Positions 63,492-64,000 of a stretch of DNA of 64,000 nucleotides are shown here, in pieces. The translations under genes were made by a program, and so were the position numbers. The notes under the pieces were generated by a model, which was not told where the DNA came from, made no database searches, and worked only from the letters and a program-made list of their open reading frames with translations. Source of the stretch: Vicugna vicugna (Eukaryota); the NCBI GenBank assembly GCA_013265495.1, contig MU058233.1, positions 657,038 to 721,037 on the forward strand, in the 5' to 3' direction. Every line of letters begins with the position of its first letter. Position 1 is the stretch's first letter.

Positions 63492-63625
63492 GGGAAGGGT
63501 GTAGCTCAGTGGTAGAGTGTGTGCCTGGCATGCACAAGGTCCTGCGTTCAATCCCCAGTACCTCTGCAAATGAATAAATACATACATACATACATAAACC
63601 TTAATTTCCTCCCCCTGCCAAAATG
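63492..63625 (+). mobile_element. tRNA-Ala-derived SINE (Vic-1-like) inserted into an old L1 remnant
   Basis: gggaagggtgtagctcagtggtagag head; agatgctca on both sides. Confidence 0.88.
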
Positions 63626-64000
63626 TTTTTAAAAGATGCTCAAACCGTCTAGGGAAGAGTAAGTTGCAAATGAAAGTACAATGGTGGCCTCATGGCACAC
63701 CTACTGGAAAGACTGAAAAGAAACAGCGTCCGTGGCCTTGCACGGGGTGTCAGTGCCACAACCGCATGACCACACGTGATGGAAATAAACACACCCATGG
63801 TCAACAATACGGGTACAGACCCCTGACCTGGCCACACTTGGGGCCCACTAGCCTTAAAAGAGAAGCTGCATCGGATGACGTGGGCGATCCCCACTCAACG
63901 ATGCTAGGTGAGGCCAACGTGCAGTAATGTGAGCCATTCGATCCCGCTTTACAAGACAAGGGCCCCATAACCTGTAAAGGGTTGTGTGAGCCTGTGGCTG

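Overview
Mammalian genomic DNA, most likely a camelid, because it carries 16 copies of a tRNA-Ala(AGC)-derived SINE of the Vic-1 type. It holds three convergent or tandem multi-exon genes, which I reconstructed by hand from splice sites and reading frame. (1) The last two coding exons of PGAM5 lie on + (63-1211). (2) ANKLE2 is complete on -, with 13 coding exons from ATG 25181 to stop 4567 (2883 nt CDS, 960 aa) and a CpG-island promoter near 24.6-25.7 kb. (3) GOLGA3/golgin-160 is 5'-incomplete on -, with 21 coding exons from 61903 to stop 33902. Introns and intergenic DNA contain SINEs, L1 fragments, MIR, L2, MER58-like and MaLR-like remnants. I found no evidence of a new multi-gene system, and most long ORFs in the supplied track are GC-rich noise. 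The most interesting details are an exact duplicate of the GOLGA3 exon 9 splice donor that would give an immediate premature stop, a SINE in the branch-point zone of ANKLE2 exon 7, a palindromic two-strand polyA signal between PGAM5 and ANKLE2, a probable stop-loss C-terminal extension of GOLGA3, and a GC-AG intron. Exon numbers follow the human gene models from memory and were not checked against a database.
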